Positions 34,617 to 36,307 of a stretch of 36,307 bases of DNA are shown here, one piece after another. Under the pieces are notes generated by a model. It did no database searches. It saw only the letters and a list, made by a program, of their open reading frames with translations, and was not told the DNA's origin. Where the stretch lies: NCBI RefSeq assembly GCF_004010195.1, contig NC_057718.1:37320337-37356643 (forward strand), read 5' to 3'. The translations under genes and the position numbers were made by a program. This stretch comes from Chiloscyllium plagiosum. Its lineage: Eukaryota. How positions within the stretch are numbered: position 1 is the first letter of the stretch; each line of letters opens with the position of its first letter.

Positions 34617-35590
34617 CTAGCTATTTAACTAACTAACAACAAACAAATAAATAGTAATAACTCATCCCAGCCAAACAAAACACTCATACATTCACAGTTC
34701 CTCCTCCCTGGATATTGGACTCATGAAACACAATCGTTACGGCTATATAAAAGCCCTTGTTAGTGGCTGATAAATCTGTGTCCAGGTATTTCAAAAAGGG
34801 TTGCCATGTCTTGTAAAAATTCTCAGTTTTGTGGTGTACCATATTTGTGAGAAAATCCAGGGGAATATGCTCCATAACAATCTTCCGCCAACCCGACAGG
34901 CCTGGGGTGGGGGGGTTTCTGATATCCAACCTAGCAAGATATTCTTCCTTGCACAGAATGTAAGAATATTGAAAAGTTTTTCCTTATGCGAGTCTGCAGG
35001 AAATACAATGGTTAGGCCCAAAAGGAGCGAAATAGGGTCCTTCTCCACGCCTACACCTAAACTCCTCTCTATTGTACCCACCACAGCGCTCCAATATGTT
35101 TGAAGCCTGTCACAAGACCAAAGTCAATGGGTAAGAGTGCCCGTACAGACCTTGCACTTAGGACATGCTGAAGATACCCCTGGTGTAAATTTTGACAAAT
35201 GGTCTGGGGCTAAGTGGACCCCGTGGAGAATCTTCAACTGTAAAGCATGGGTCCTATTGCAAATTTCTATCTTCCTTGCATTCTCCCAAATATCCTCCAA
35301 TCCTCTGATGAAACTTCAACACCCAGCTCTCTTTCCCACATCTTGCAGAGTCGATCAGACTCTTCTGAGGTGGCACCCCCCAAATTGGTGATATAGAGTA
35401 CTGACAGGGAGTGTACTCTTAGCCCTTAGTACCCCTCTTTCTATGTCAGATTTGTAGGGATCAGTCAAAAGTGTGGTCTTTTTTTGAATAAAATTCCTAA
35501 CTTGAAAAAAACGAAAGAGGTCTCTATTAGGTGACTCGTACTTCCGTACTAACTGATCAAAGGACATCATTACATCTCCCTCAAATAAAT

Positions 35591-35622
35591 GCAAGATATA
35601 CCCCTAGCAAGATATACCCCTA
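35591..35622. repeat. 16-bp tandem duplication (GCAAGATATACCCCTA) x2 within L1 ORF2
   Basis: Directly visible; coincides with the stop that ends ORF 35604-35969. Confidence 0.95.
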
Positions 35623-36307
35623 GCTGCCCAAAGTTTAAATCCTGAATCTATCATACCTGGTTGAAAACTCGGCATACCCACTAAAGGTGTAAACAAAGAT
35701 GTTTCGCCAATATTACTTTCCCTCTGCCGAATTGCCCTCCATGCTTTAACAGTATTGATGACTATTGGGTTATGGCAATATTCCCTAACTGTCCTCACCT
35801 TGTCCAAAAACAGCAAACTGGTAAGGGGGCACCTTGCCTGGGAGACTTCGATATCTAGCCATATTGAAAGAGGGTCCCCACAAACCCAATCACTTACGTA
35901 GGTCAAAAGCGAGCTTAATTGGTAATTTTTAATGTCCGGAAGGTCTACTGCCCCCAATCTGTGAGGCAACTGCAGTAATGAGGGGCCATTTACAGTGCCA
36001 GATAAAGGAGCTGAACCAACCGTTCAGTCTCCTGAGTGTTTGTTTATTGAAAATCAGGGGGAGCATCATTATAGGGTATAGCAAACGAGGGAGAATATTC
36101 ATCTTAATAAGCGCTATCCGACCCAACCATGAGACTGGAAGTGCCTCCCATCTTTGGAGATCTTGTTTAATTTTTTCAAATAATTAAGTAAAATTGGCTT
36201 TGAACAGCCAATCCAGAACTGGAGTAATGAATATGCCCAAATACACAAAACCCCCCTGTGACCACCTAAATAGGAATCTATAGTCACTCTCAAGAGCCAA
36301 CTCTTTC

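Larger units (their letters stand above)
34101..36307 (-). mobile_element. L1-clade LINE: ORF2 C-terminal part (disrupted) and 3' UTR; runs off the window
   Basis: FVYLGI; GRIALIKMNILPRLLYP; LGAVDLPDIKNY; FRFFQVRNFI; zinc knuckle CPKCK..GTLTH*LWSC; FYKTWQPF; AATAAA plus A/T-rich tail at about 34101-34127. Confidence 0.93.

Noticed and set aside
1..36307. CRISPR array, operon or other prokaryotic system
   Set aside because: No regularly spaced repeats or dense long ORFs; the content is vertebrate TE-rich DNA.

Overview
This is AT-rich vertebrate genomic DNA made up mostly of decayed and nested transposable elements. The repeat families (HE1 V-SINEs, HER1/CR1 LINEs, a DeuSINE, Penelope-derived elements) point to a cartilaginous fish, probably a shark; this is inferred from recognised motifs, not from a database search. 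There is no intact protein-coding gene, and nearly all meaningful ORFs in the track are fragments of TE proteins. The large elements are a Gmr1-type Gypsy relic (about 2.5-6.7 kb, +), a second Gypsy relic with several nested insertions (about 24.6-30.3 kb, -), CR1/L2-type LINE pieces, a Tx1 3' end and an L1 ORF2 3' end. The most notable structures are Penelope-derived fold-back elements carrying minimal hammerhead-ribozyme cores, a 44/45-bp inverted duplication 1.3 kb apart, and a hairpin that covers a candidate splice acceptor. A few short candidate + strand exons of an unidentified host gene are reported at low confidence. I see no evidence for a wholly new biological system. Boundaries without a stated target-site duplication (TSD) are approximate.
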